Source: Lama glama
Taxonomy: Eukaryota
DNA: 64,000 nt
Direction: 5' to 3'
Assembly: GCA_028534125.1 (NCBI GenBank)
Contig: CM052816.1
Span: 61,258,001 to 61,322,000 of the forward strand
A program made the translations under genes and the position numbers. The notes below the pieces were generated by a model. That model was not told where the DNA came from. It saw nothing but the letters and a program-made list of their open reading frames with translations, and did not search any database. Below are positions 51,439-64,000 of this stretch, piece by piece. The stretch's first letter is position 1; every line of letters begins with the position of its first letter.

Positions 51439-51572
51439 CATTCTCCAGCTTGGTTGACTGAATTTAATTCTGCTACATTGTACATTATAGATGGTTCCAG
51501 TGAAACTTTCTCCATAAACATGGGTGAGGTTGTAATATTCTGAATCTGGGCTTCGAGAAATACTTCATCAGT
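51439..51572 (-). CDS. TRAPPC13: TRAPPC13 exon 9: [44 protein letters not shown](C)
   Basis: tttcag| acceptor, TG|GTAAAT donor, 134 nt. Confidence 0.98.
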
Positions 51573-53462
51573 CTGAAAATATGAAGAAAAAATCCACCAA
51601 AGTATGATGGTGTTTAAAGTATTTACCTCAACAATAATATCTAATTTATATGAAGAAAAAACATTAACCACAAATGTGATTAGTTCATGCCTGCAAATCA
51701 AAGTTATCATAATTAATACAAGAAAAGAAATCTTCATCCTACCATAATTAACAGGGGTAAAGTCAATTGTTAGTCAACTGATAGCTTTTCAAACAATGGA
51801 TAGGGGATAACTATAATAATTTTTTGTATTAATGTCCAAAAATATTTAACTGGAATTTCATTTACATATATCTTAAATTTTCTAGTAAGTTATTAAAATG
51901 TTAAAATGCAATTTAGTATAATGAATATACCTGTGCACCTATCATTTCAGTGCTATGCTAAGATAATGGGTCTTCATTAAAATATTCCTGCATAATTTAG
52001 CCTCAATTTTCATCTTACTTCGATTTAGACAGTATAGGGACCACTAGTATAGTTGAATGACCCATTTTATAATCTTATAGAATTTAATTTTAATTAAAGC
52101 AACCTTTTTAGTGGTCATTAGCTGGATTTCTTGGTTCATTGTAAATGTATATTTAGGGCAAAAGCATCTGGATTATACTAGATAATCTTTGAGTTTTTAA
52201 GTCAAACAAAAAGTACTATGTAGCCTTAGTGACAGATTTGAAAACTAATGCTATACTTCAGTCAGTGGGTAACTTAAATATGTACTTTTTCATAATTTTT
52301 TCATTTCCTGATTATGCTAAACATCTTTCGTTTTATGCTATTTAGTTTTTTTTGTGTGTTTATAATTAAGGATAACAAACAACTTGGCTCATTTTTGAAA
52401 CAAACCTATATACAAAATGGTACACTAAGGATATTTAAGAATTATTTTGTTCAAAAGTTTCGTAGTAATAATATAAACAGAAATAAAACAAAATAAACTA
52501 CGACCAAAACCAAATTGGCTCTTACTCAGGAAAATAGAAATCATTTGCAAAATTATAATAATAAAGTTATAATTTAATGTATTATTAATCTAAAATGAAA
52601 GAGTTTCTTTAGTCTTTGGCACATGTGCTCAAATGAAAATATAAATACAATGATTTACCAGTTTAAAAGAATGTACACATTTAAAAGCATTTTTCTGTTA
52701 CTTTTTCTCAGGAAAAAAAAGTAAATATATCCCATCGATCCATTGCTTTAAAAAAAAAAAAAACCACAGACCCACATTTCAAATTTTCAAATGCAATTTT
52801 CTGCATAAGTTTAGAAGCGCTTAGATAAAATGAAAGAAAAACAAGCAGCATAATGGAAAATTAAGTTAGTCTGAACAGTTAGTATGAAGTACTTTGACAC
52901 CTGAAAAATTAATATAAGAATTCAGTGCTAAGGCAGTTGATGTTATAATATATGTAGTGTGTTATAAGCAAATGTTGCTTATATTTAATAGAAATTTGAA
53001 AAGATTTTAGCCAACTTGGGAAAATTTAATTTTCTCCCATTTACTGTTGTCAAGGGGCCATCTTTACCTGACCCAGACTTAAAACTAAAACCACTGTGCA
53101 TTTGAAGATGAATTTCAACTACATACATAGTTTATTCAAAAAATTATAGTATGATATTTTATATTAAGGCTATTTTAAAAAATGTTAACATGCCTCTTTT
53201 AAAAAATATCTACAAGAAAAATACTAAAAATGAGAATATAATTGTTTCAATATGATCATTTTTCTTTGGTTTATTTTTTTCCCACAGAATAAGACAATCA
53301 ATATAAAATAAAAAGTACAAATCATATACATTTTTTTGAAGTCACATAGGTAGTATTCACAACTAACTTTGTTTTTCCACTATGTTTTGTAAAGAGATTA
53401 ATTAGGCAGAGTCAAAAAGTGGTAAGAAAAGCATATAAATTTATAATAAAAAATCAAATTAC

Positions 53463-53480
53463 CACAGAACTGAGGTCACT
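53463..53480 (-). CDS. TRAPPC13: TRAPPC13 exon 8, 18-nt frame-preserving microexon: SDLSSV
   Basis: Long U-tract ...ttccattag|AGTGACCTCAGTTCTGTG|gtaatt; supplies the NAE-SDLSSV-TDEV segment recalled from the human protein. Confidence 0.93.
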
Positions 53481-54993
53481 CTAATGGAAAAATAAAAAAG
53501 AAAAATTAGAAAAATCAGATTAAATGTTAAAGAAAAGGAATAACTTTAAAATAAAATGCATTTCTGCATTTTAAAAAATTTACTAAACAAGACAGCATTA
53601 GTAAAACAAGGAAGTAAACAGAAAGTAACATAAAGAAATATGACAAATCATTTTTCTAAAAAGGTGAAACTGCTAAGGTTAAATGAATAGAGAAGAACAC
53701 TATATGTGAACACTCAGACAGGAGCAACTATTCAAGGGCGTATCTTGGGGAAGAGAGGTACATCCCATGCCTTTCTAGTTCTAAAAATTCTTTACCTACA
53801 TGGTAATTCTTCATGGATTGCATAGGATGGATACACATGATCTGCCACATTCAGAATATATACTGTACGCCTTCTCCTAAACTTATCTAATTAATAAAGG
53901 AATCATTTTATCAAGGAGCACCTTGGATGATCAGAGTTCCATTGATCCCACTTTAGGGAATGCTGGGCTAGACTACTTTAGACAACTAAGAGTTTATTCT
54001 CTTCTTACTAACAGATTTCAGTTTGTTTTTTTCATATATATTTCTAAAGCAACTTATTTATTAAGGGCCATCTCAAATGTCAAACACAGAGCTGGAAATC
54101 ATTTTTCACCTTTTTATGTTCCCAGAGTATAATAACACTTCATGATTTTGGTGGGGGTGTGGTGCTTAACTGTAGTTATGTCATGTTGTCTCCTCCACCA
54201 GATCTAAGTACCTTGAGGATTGGGAGGAGGTTCAGTTTATATTCATTTCTCTTCAGTACCTGGCATGGAGCTCTGTACCTAGCAGGTGACCAAGTGTTTG
54301 AAGTGCTTCTAATGTTACCAATTTTTTTTTTACAAGTTTTTTCTATTTTAGAAGACTGTAACAAAGTGTCTCATGAAATTTGTTTTCCTTTAGGTGATTC
54401 ACATATTAGAATTATTAGAAGCAGCATAAAAACCATGTTTGAAACAAATGTGGGCTAATACTAGTCATCGTGTAAAGACTCTGGCATAGAGTAATAAACA
54501 TAACCTATGGATATTACTGTAGTTTACTAACTCCTACAATTTACCTGAATTGGGGACCAGAGATTCTGCGTCATGCTATAGGCTGAACAGTATTTGTTTG
54601 TCTAATTAGATAATATCAAATATTTTAGAGAGACACTAAATGCTATTTGTCCACTCTTCACTTTAAAAGAAATGTCTATTTTCAAAAGTTCAGAATTTTA
54701 GTAAAATTTTTTTAGCTGAAGTTCATTAGCAAAGTTGAAAGATTATGTCTGTATTTAATGTTAGCTGAAAAGCACAGCCAATAAAATTGTTACTGAGTAT
54801 AAAAACAGAGTATTATATATAAATGAGTAAAGACTGAAAGAGGATATTGATTAATAAAAAACCAATTATTTTTTGGTGTGGTGGAATAGTGGGTTTTTCC
54901 CTTTGTTATGGGGGAGTGTGCTACTTTTACAGTATTACTCATGGAATAACCAGCAATTTAAAAAATGGTTTGCAACTCACTCTGAACATTAGT

Positions 54994-55033
54994 GTGATAA
55001 AACTACTTGATAAGTGATAAAACTACTTGATAA
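54994..55033 (+). repeat. Perfect 20-bp tandem duplication (gtgataaaactacttgataa x2)
   Basis: Directly visible. Confidence 0.95.
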
Positions 55034-56588
55034 GCATCTTAATGTACCACCATATTTCAACAAAGAAAACCTAAAATAGCTTAATATATACTCTCCTAGG
55101 AGCTAAATAGAAAAAAAAGACCCACCTACAGCCCTATTTGCTTTCAATTTTCCAATATATCTATACCAGCAGAATAGTTAATCAATTTCGCCTCTCACTA
55201 TGAATGAAAACTTTCCCAGTAAAGACTTTAAAATTCCCCAAGCTGGATAGCTGTACTATAATTAATCAACAGTACATTATTAATAACAAAAAATGATAGA
55301 ACAAATATGTAGTATCTCAACTCCCCTATGCCTCAAAAAGAAATGTCAATTCTTTAAACATCTAGTAATCTCCTTGATGAGACTGTATCCTCCCATCAAA
55401 TACGTATACTCTTCATTATGTAATCAATATTCCATGTGCATTTGCAACTCTGCTTGGAATGGCTTCACGGCTCTGACACTTGGACATTTTTAACAGACTT
55501 CTTCAGGCTACTCTAAAATCTCATCCCCACAGTTCCTGTAGCACACCTTTTTTATCATCCTCTTTAGTTTCACTATATACTACTCTAATTACCTTTGTTA
55601 TATTATGTACTTTTTTCTTTTCTCCTAATAGGTCTTTATTGCAGGTCAGGTTTCTTATCTTAAGACATCTCAGTATGGCCAGTTGTAGCACAAACTTTAT
55701 ACTGAATTAAAACTCAGCTGCTGATGGTAAAAATATGTATCAAATTTGACATGTGGCTGCAAACTTCTGGTCATCTGGTTTTAGAGTAATAAAAATATAC
55801 TTTTAATTTCAAAATATTGTATCTGAATATCTTCAAGTTTATCAATGTGTTATGAAACGAGTTTTGGAGGGGAAGAGGCTTGCTAGGAAATCTGCTTTTT
55901 CTGGCGCTCTAGATGCCAGGATAAAATGGAATTTTGTAAAATAAATTTAAATAATAAAACCTTTCTCCTATGGCAAATTCCATTTTTATCTCTTTTGTTA
56001 AGATACAAGATAGTCTGCCTTCTATTCTAAAAGTTACTTCTTTCTATATTTTTGCCAAATTTGTTTCTGCAAAGGAGCATTTCAAGCCATTCACCAAATG
56101 GCAACCTAACTCTGGATGGCACAATGACTTCACAGGATAAAGAATTTAATGAGCTGAGCTCTATTTAATATTTTTCTACATGAATATTAAATTTTTTCCA
56201 GGGTTAGATCTACTACTTTAATTTCTGTAATATTAGAACCACATTTATAAATATATTTAACAGACTGCTAATGCTTTTTGACAGTAAAAACCACTATTCA
56301 GTGGAAGCATAGGGCAATCATTTAATGAAAGGGATTGAAAGCCTCACAAAATTAACAAGAATAAAAATCAAGGCATACTGATTCCATGTAAGTTGAAAAC
56401 AGCAGATTAAAAGAGATCTACAATGAAGTTATTCACTTTTGATTGAACTTTATGCTCATTTTTCACAAGTAATTTGTAGTCTTGTCAGCAATTTACTTTA
56501 ACATGAAAAGAAACATAATAAATCAGAATGTTGGTCAAATAAGATCTTAAGGTTGAATATGAAATACCATTAAGTGCCCAACACTTAC

Positions 56589-56633
56589 CTCTGCATTGTA
56601 AAATTTGGTTTTCACATCCAAAGGTTTGAGAAC
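56589..56633 (-). CDS. TRAPPC13: TRAPPC13 exon 7: VLKPLDVKTKFYNAE
   Basis: aattag| acceptor, GAG|GTAAGT donor, 45 nt. Confidence 0.97.
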
Positions 56634-57647
56634 CTAATTGAATAAAACAATCAAAGGAGATTATTATCATTTGACCATTTATTTTTGTTTATTTGTTTTA
56701 AATCATAGGGCTTAAAGTTGTCAAAGGCATTTTCCAATTTTAACTTTTCTAAGCCTTTTCTACTGGATATTTAATACTCTTGTAAAAACAAACAAAAACA
56801 ATCCCAAATGCATTTTTTACAAAGCAACCATAATTTTTTGACTGGGTTATAGTTAAGTTATACAAGTTATATGGGTTTGTAGTTCATAGTATTTTGTTAA
56901 ACGAAACATATTTTATGTATTTTTCTTTACATATTTCACTAAAATGTTTATCAAAATAAGTAATTGAACCTTTCATTTTCTTTTATAAGGCATACAAAAT
57001 CTTAAACAAATAAGTGATGCAGCAAGACAACAGCAAAATTTATTTTCCTATTGATAATGCTTTTTCTTCCACTTACAAAGAGGGGGATAAAAAATACATA
57101 TAGCATCATATCTATGTAACTATATATGGTCATCTCATCTCCCCATCCATATGCATACATGTGTTAAACCAGGGGTTTCTGACATTTTTTTGATATGGAC
57201 TTTGAAAATTGTATATAAATACAAAATTCTAACTACAATTTCAGTGATTTACAGAGTCTCTGAAGGCAGCTTGGTCCAGTTAGCCCAGGTCAATAAACTT
57301 TCACTTCATACTTCTTTAGAAATTTGACATTATTTACACTAAGTTTGTCTAGAATTTACACTCACTTTATCCCTCTTCTAGATTCTTGTATATTTAGTTA
57401 AGGCATGAATAACAGTTTTTTTTGGATAAAAATCTTCAAGTAAAACATTACACTGGTGATGACAGTTTCTCTGCTTTTATTTAACTTACTTTTGTATGAC
57501 TTTAGATTGCTAGTAATATGACAAATCCTAAGATATTAAGCTATTTGCTTTATTTGGAAGCCAGTTTTCACTGCAGATAAACAGGAATAACTTCCTAAGG
57601 GGGGGAAAAGGCATCTAAAAACTATTTACCATTGTCATATTCAATAC

Positions 57648-57720
57648 CTGAAATTTGAAGAATTTTCTAAAATACATTTTTTCTCCACCCTGAGTTGTAT
57701 AACTCACTGCACACACCAAG
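57648..57720 (-). CDS. TRAPPC13: TRAPPC13 exon 6: [24 protein letters not shown]
   Basis: tttcag| acceptor, CAG|GTATTG donor, 73 nt. Confidence 0.97.
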
Positions 57721-60587
57721 CTGAAACAGAAAGACGTTTTAATGATTTTGAATTATTTTCAACTTTGTTTCTTAATAGTTTAAAATTCTATTCACAAATT
57801 TGGAAAATATTTATGCCAATGATGCGAAAATGTAGCCAAATGAACCTAGAATAGGAAAAAAGGAGTTCCAGCAGAGATTGATATAATTCTATGAAGAAGA
57901 AAGCTCTGATTAGTAAAGGAAGATATACCAGTTTTAGAATAGGAAGTCAATAACTTTTCCTTCAAAAGGTGAAGTATAATCCAGTATGTATGCCAGAATA
58001 ACGAAATAGCTGAATGAAATATAAGTTCATATAAACTAGAATATAATTTTTTAGAAAGACACCAGAATAGAGAAAGACTTTTTAATATAAATACGCTGGA
58101 AAGAAAAGGTCTCTTAAAAATGTATAAATTGAATAAATCAAGAACACTAAAACAAAATTAAAAAACAAACGGGGATAAAATATTTCTAACAATACGAAGG
58201 GAAATTCTTGTAAGCAAAACTTTAATATCTCATTCCAATCAGGACAAAAGGATACACAGGTCAGTTGAGTACCATAATCAGCTAACAAAAATGTAAAAGT
58301 GTTCAGCCTCACAAAGCAGTCAAAGAAACAAATTAAAATAATGAGAGAAGATTTTTCCGTTTCTTAAGATTTGAAAAAATTCTTTTTAAGAGATGTCAGG
58401 GTTGGTAAGGAAAACTGACTCTCTTTACACTGCTAGTGGTTTTAAGAAATTCAGAAAACAATCTGTCAGTAAAAAAGTCTTAAAAATGCTTATATACTCC
58501 TATACTAAACCCATTTTAAGTAATCTATCATAGGAAATATTACAGTGTTAACTATTGTGTTATTTATAATAGTGAAAGACTAGAAATAATGTAAAGTCCA
58601 ACATTAGGGTAAACGAATTACAGTACATGGTCCAAGTGTGTAAGGTAAAGCCATTTTAAAAACAGTATTTTCAAATAATACTGACTCAAGGAGGAAAATA
58701 TTCACAGTGTATTGAAAAAGATAAAACCATGGTAATATAATTAAAATTTTATAAAATATTTTAATATTTTAAATATATTTTATCAAAATAAAAATATTTA
58801 TTCAATATACTTTAATATTTTGATTTTTATTTTAATATATTTTTATTTTAAAATTTCAAATATATTTAATATTAAACTATTCATACACATCTGATATATA
58901 TATATATATACATAAACAAGATTAGAACATAATATACCAATATTTAATAGTGATTATAGTAGGAACACAATATACCAATTTGCTTAACAGTGATTACAAT
59001 GGTGACCAATATATGTAATTAAATTTCTCCTTCATACTTGTACCTAGTGTTAAAACAGGTGCTAGGGACTTAAAGAGTTCACCAAAACTCGTTACTTGCT
59101 CTCAAAGTGCTCACAGTCAGAAACAGGATAGCAAGGTATTGCACTGGTTTTGAAGCTAGATTAAGATTTGTATTCTATGTCATCATGTACTAGCTATTTA
59201 ATTCTACAAGAGTCTCATTTTCTGTAAATGGGGATTTTACACGTTTAATATTATTTCAATAAACTCAGTTCCAACAGATACTAACCACTGTTCTCTGTCA
59301 ATCCTGGAGATACAGCCAATTTTATAGAACTCACACTTCAATAAGGACAACAGGCACTCAGTAAGTAATTTTAAGTACAAAAGATGCAGGAAAAAAATGG
59401 CAAGTTGTGGATGCTCCAGAATGTGCAGAAAGGGAGATTTAATCTTGTCAAGGAGGTCAAAAGAGCCTTTTTGAGGAAGTCATGCTAAATCTGAGATATG
59501 AAGAAGTAACAGTAAACTAAGCAAAACGACACGGGTATTCTTTGTCAGGGAAGAACACATTTTAAAACATGGGAGAGTTCAGAGATAACAGAAGACAATA
59601 TGACTGCAGTGCAGAGAGGGAGGGAAGCATGATGAAGGGTGAAACCTAGGGTATGTTGTGCAGAACTTTGGAAAACCTACACAAAGTCAGAATTTCCTAG
59701 GGCTTGTGGGAGATCAGTCAAGTGTTAAGTAACTTATCCAAGATCACACAGTTACATAAATAATTGAGCTGAAATTTGGACTCCAGAAAATTTGACTTCA
59801 AAGCATATACCAACCACAGAATATATATTAAAAAGTGTCTGCAACAGAGCTTATTATCAAAATGAATTAGTTAAATAATAGCTAACATTATATACTTCTT
59901 TAAGACAAAGAAGAGAAGCAAAAATGGTGATGTAAGTGGAGATGAAGAGGGGATACTGAGAGACGGTTAATAAGAACTAACAGGACTTTGTGAATCGATC
60001 GGATGTGGGGGTGGTAAGGCAGATAGCGAAGTCTAAAATTACTCGAGATGGCTCAAATTTTTATATTTGCCTCTCAAAGAGAAATAGAGCATTCACATTC
60101 ATATACATACAGAGGTTCAGGAATACAGAATTTGAGATTATTTCCTCATAGCTTCTCTGACTTTGGTTCTGTATTTTTTGATCTCTCAGGGCAGAGTGTA
60201 TTTATACACTGTTAAATACAGAACTGAAAATTTTTGAATTTCAAAGTAAATGCTATTAACACCAGTTGTTAGCAATTCAAGGGAATAAAGGTGCTTTTAG
60301 AGTGCTACCTGGGTTTTAAAGGTTTGCATGGATTTTGATTTTTTAGGTAAGATTTTCTGTAGATGCAAAAATGAAACTAGAGATAAATGAGGGTAAAATA
60401 CGTTTTTTTTCCCTTACAAAACAAACACTTGTTTGAAGTTTGTTTCTGGCAAGCATATTAATGTGGAACATAAAATTCCTTCTGAAGTAGGTTCTTAGGC
60501 TTAATAATACATGGAAATAAAGCAAAAACTTCAAATAAAGGCATATATAAGCAAAAGCCTCTGAGATCTAGTAAAATTAATTCTTAC

Positions 60588-60715
60588 ATGTGTGTTCCAA
60601 TCTCCTTTACTTCATGGTGTATGACATCATCAATACAACAATCAGGTTTTAGTTCAGCCACTGCAGAATTGGAGGCTGAAAGATTTAAACGCTGAGAACT
60701 TGTCTGAAGATCAGC
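60588..60715 (-). CDS. TRAPPC13: TRAPPC13 exon 5: [42 protein letters not shown](I); upstream exons lie right of the window
   Basis: ttcaag| acceptor, AT|GTAAG donor, 128 nt. Confidence 0.97.
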
Positions 60716-61799
60716 CTTGAAAGAAAGAGAGAATAAAATCCAAATGAGACTGGTTACCTACTGAGTATGGACAAAGTATGGGTGGACAAAATAGGGGAAC
60801 AGGAACAAGGAAGCAGGGATAAAGGGGGAAAAACACTTCTCTGTGTAAATCTTTCTGTATAGCTTGATCTTAGAACCATGGTAATACCTTTATTATATAT
60901 TCTGTCTCTTACATATTCAGTTATTAAACAGTAGTAGCTCACATTTATTGGGCACCTTTCTACATGCAAGGCCATGTTCTAAGCATTCATTTAATGCCCA
61001 CAATCCTGAAATAAGTAGTTGCACCACCCCTATTTCACAGACAAACCAAGGCACAGAGAAGGAACAACTTACCCAAGGTTATACAACTAAGTAATAAAGC
61101 TGAAATTCAAAATTCTTTAACAAACATTTTAGAAAGTAGAGAAGAAGGGAAAAATAAGAAACTAAAATCCACAGGCTTTCGGTCCAATATATTTTCCTAT
61201 GTGTTATTTTTTAAACCATAACTAGTGTATATATTATATGTAGCTGAGCACTTTTACACTTCTCCTTTTTCATGTTACAAATAATGCTGCACTTAACATT
61301 ATCTACCAGGGTTTTTCCAGGAGCTGGAGATATACTAGTGAAGAAAACAGACTAAAATCCCTGCCCTTATATAGTTCAAATGTTTGTGGAAAATAAAACA
61401 GAATATAGGAGGAATGGAGGGTTAGCTTGAGGTAGGGGAATACAATTTAAATTGTAGGGTAGGCTTCATGCTGCAAATTCGTTCTTGGATGAGTAGAATT
61501 AAAAAAAAAAAGCCAGAGAGGAAAGGGGAGAAAAGAAACCATGCCAAGTAAGTTAAAAAGAGTTAGCAAAGCACCTTAAGTGTAAAAGCTCAAGATGCAT
61601 CAGAGGCCATTAAGAGTTTGGTATAATTAAGCGATTCATGTTAAAAAGTAGGGAAAAAATATTTAAAAACATCTAGAATAAGCTTCAAGAGAATAGAAGC
61701 CTTGTCTATTTTGTTTCCTGCTATAACTCTAGTATCTAGAAATTCTTCATGCCTAGAACATGGACTTGTTGAATAAATGAGCAAATGCCTATTACACAC

Positions 61800-61986
61800 C
61801 ATTGGTTCTCAGAGTATGGCTCCCAGACTAACAGAATCAGCATAACCTGAGAACATGTTAGAAATGTAAATTCTTGGGTACCATTTCTGATTGATTAAAT
61901 CAGAAACACTGAGAAGTGAAGCTCAGCAACAGTGTTTTAACAAACCCTCCAGATGACTTTAATAGCTTCTAAAGTTTGAGAACCAA
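61800..61986. mobile_element. MER5A-like hAT MITE
   Basis: tggttctcagagtatgg...cagcataacctgagaac...ttagaaatg...ttttaacaaaccctccag...aagtttgagaacca. Confidence 0.8.
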
Positions 61987-63218
61987 CGATACGGACCATA
62001 GGAGTTATCTACTATTTTTTTTTTATTTATAGCACACTATACTGTTTTTTGTTTCTAGAACACTTTATTTTTTTTGTAGCATGCCGATGTTTTCACACTT
62101 ACTGCTAAAAAATTCTTTTCAATTAAAAAACAAAAAACCATCCTAGTAGTTTCCAGTTAAATATAATAGATTATACAGCATTTTTATTCTCAAAAGGAAC
62201 AGTAAGATATCAACGAAGGAATAAAAGAAAGTAAAGATTCATAATCTGTTTTCCACATTCCAAAATTTTAAAAGCTATAAACAAAGTTTTGAGGGCAGAA
62301 TTCTGAGTAGCTGAAGTAATGGTAGTAGAGTAAACTGTGAATCTCCTAAGTAATCCTCAAATAAATCAAATAAAATAATTAACCATACAAACCCTGTGTT
62401 AGCATAACTAGAGGGCAACAGATGTATGAACTTCAAATTACCTGTAAGGAGATAAATAACAAATTTCTGCAAACAAATTTCTCATGCTCTTGCCATGAGC
62501 CTTCACATCGGACAACAGAAGTTCAGGAAAAAATTGAGCTTAAGAGAGAAGATGAGAGTAGATACGGGCCTAAGAATGATCAAACCCACTGCCCGAAAGA
62601 CAAAGTCTAACCTAAGCATGAAAATACTCAGAAAGTGCATTACTGGAAAATGAGAGCAAGTCTACAGGGAAGAGACTTAACTGTATGTTTGATTGTGGAG
62701 AGGCAATTTTGGAAAGACAAGACTCCAGGGGAAAAAGAGAGTTAAAAAACCCAGGAACCTTTTGCAAACTGTCAGTGAAGAGAAAAAACAGCAAGAGGAA
62801 AAACATTTAGGATGCTGCCGTTCGTAAGAAAAAAGAAAAACTGAGGAATATTCAACCTTTTCTTCCTCCACCACTGTACCAAAAGCCACTCAGTAAAGAA
62901 AACATACTTTGCTCACAATGCTGCAAGAAGGTGTATGTGAACTAGGAATAACAAAGCATGCCAAAGTGCATTTTACAGAATGCGAAGCCACCCACAGTCG
63001 TCAGCTATACAAAAATACTATAAAAAGAAAACACAATGATAACAAATAATTCATTGATCAAAACTGCTACCCAAAACCAGTGGCGAAACAGAAGAAAAAT
63101 CTATCACAATATTCAAACTGAATTAAATATCTCTTTAAAAAAACTGGAGATAATTGCAAGGCACCCAAGGAAATACAGATCTGAATGAAAATTTACTAAG
63201 GAGAACTAAAGAAAAGCA

Positions 63219-63304
63219 GACAAAGAAGAACAAACTTAGATGCAATTGCAGTTTGTAAAATGACAAAGAAGAACAAACTTAGATGCAACTGCAGTTTGTA
63301 AAAT
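63219..63304 (+). repeat. 43-bp tandem duplication (2 copies, 1 mismatch)
   Basis: gacaaagaagaacaaacttagatgcaa(t/c)tgcagtttgtaaaat x2. Confidence 0.95.
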
Positions 63305-63636
63305 GATAAACAAAATGCAAGTTCTTAGTTGAAACTAAGATGACTTGGTGGCTACCGCACTGCTCAATAAACATTAACTATTGCTGTTACTATTCCAAAT
63401 CGCACTGCCTTTATAGAAATTAACACCAAGTAAAGCCCACGGATACATAAATACATATTTTATAACAAATATGTTCTTGTAGTATCTGCTTTTTAAATAT
63501 TGACTTAAATTATACACATTTGCTGATTTATTCACCTTATGAAAATAAATTTAACATTTACTGAATGCCAACAGTATGCCAGGAAAAAAGTATACGTTCT
63601 CAAAGTTCTAAAGTCAGACTTTTTCATAATTAAATG

Positions 63637-64000
63637 CAGAGGTCGGCAAACTTTTTCTTTAAAGGTCAGACAGCAAATATTTTAAACTTTGAAGGTCATA
63701 CAGTATCTCTTGCAACTACACAATTCTACTGTTGTGGCCTGAAATTTGCCACAGATAATAAACAAATGATTGAGTGTGGTTGTGTGTCAATAAAACTTTA
63801 TTTATGGACACAACATTGTAAAATGATTATAACTCAATAAAAAATGTTAAAAAAACTTTATTTATGGACACTGAAACTTGAACTTGATATAATTCTCACT
63901 TTGCAAAATAAGCTTTTATTTCCTTTCTATCATTTGAAAATGTAAAAACAATTCTTAGCTTAGCATTAAATTGCTTTACAAAAACAGGCAATGGACCAAA
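63637..64000 (+). mobile_element. MER58B-like hAT MITE
   Basis: cagaggtcggcaaactttttc...caataaaactttatttatggacactgaaa. Confidence 0.85.
63812..63851 (+). mobile_element. 40-bp extreme 3' end of a young L1 inserted in MER58B
   Basis: Near-identical to 47046-47090; perfect 20-bp TSD aaaactttatttatggacac (63792-63811, 63852-63871). Confidence 0.9.

Noticed and set aside
58735..58910. Extremely AT-rich, partly self-complementary tract
   Set aside because: Low-complexity AT and (TA)n sequence within old L1 debris
60716..64000. SHLD3 or TRAPPC13 exons 1-4
   Set aside because: No matching coding sequence seen; these are expected further upstream, outside the window

Overview
Mammalian genomic DNA, almost certainly camelid (camel/alpaca), judged from several tRNA-Ala-derived Vic-1-type SINEs. 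The window holds the NLN <- -> SGTB -> <- TRAPPC13 block. (1) The first coding exon of neurolysin (NLN, minus strand) lies head-to-head with SGTB on a shared CpG-island promoter. (2) The complete SGTB gene (plus strand) has a non-coding exon 1 and 10 coding exons that splice by hand into 915 nt = 304 aa, all GT-AG. (3) The 3' nine coding exons of TRAPPC13 (minus strand, 954 nt) include an 18-nt microexon and a NAGNAG acceptor, and end tail-to-tail with SGTB. The remainder is intron packed with L1, L2, MIR, LTR and DNA-transposon relics. Almost all supplied ORFs are spurious. I found no convincing new biological system. The most interesting unexplained signals are a sharp CpG/GC-gain patch over the TRAPPC13 3' end, interleaved poly(A) signals of the two convergent genes, a repeat-free element in SGTB intron 4 with outward-facing splice donors, a bipartite QKI-type motif near the microexon, and several unusual L1/SINE insertion structures. 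Repeat family names and comparisons with human come from memory, not searches.
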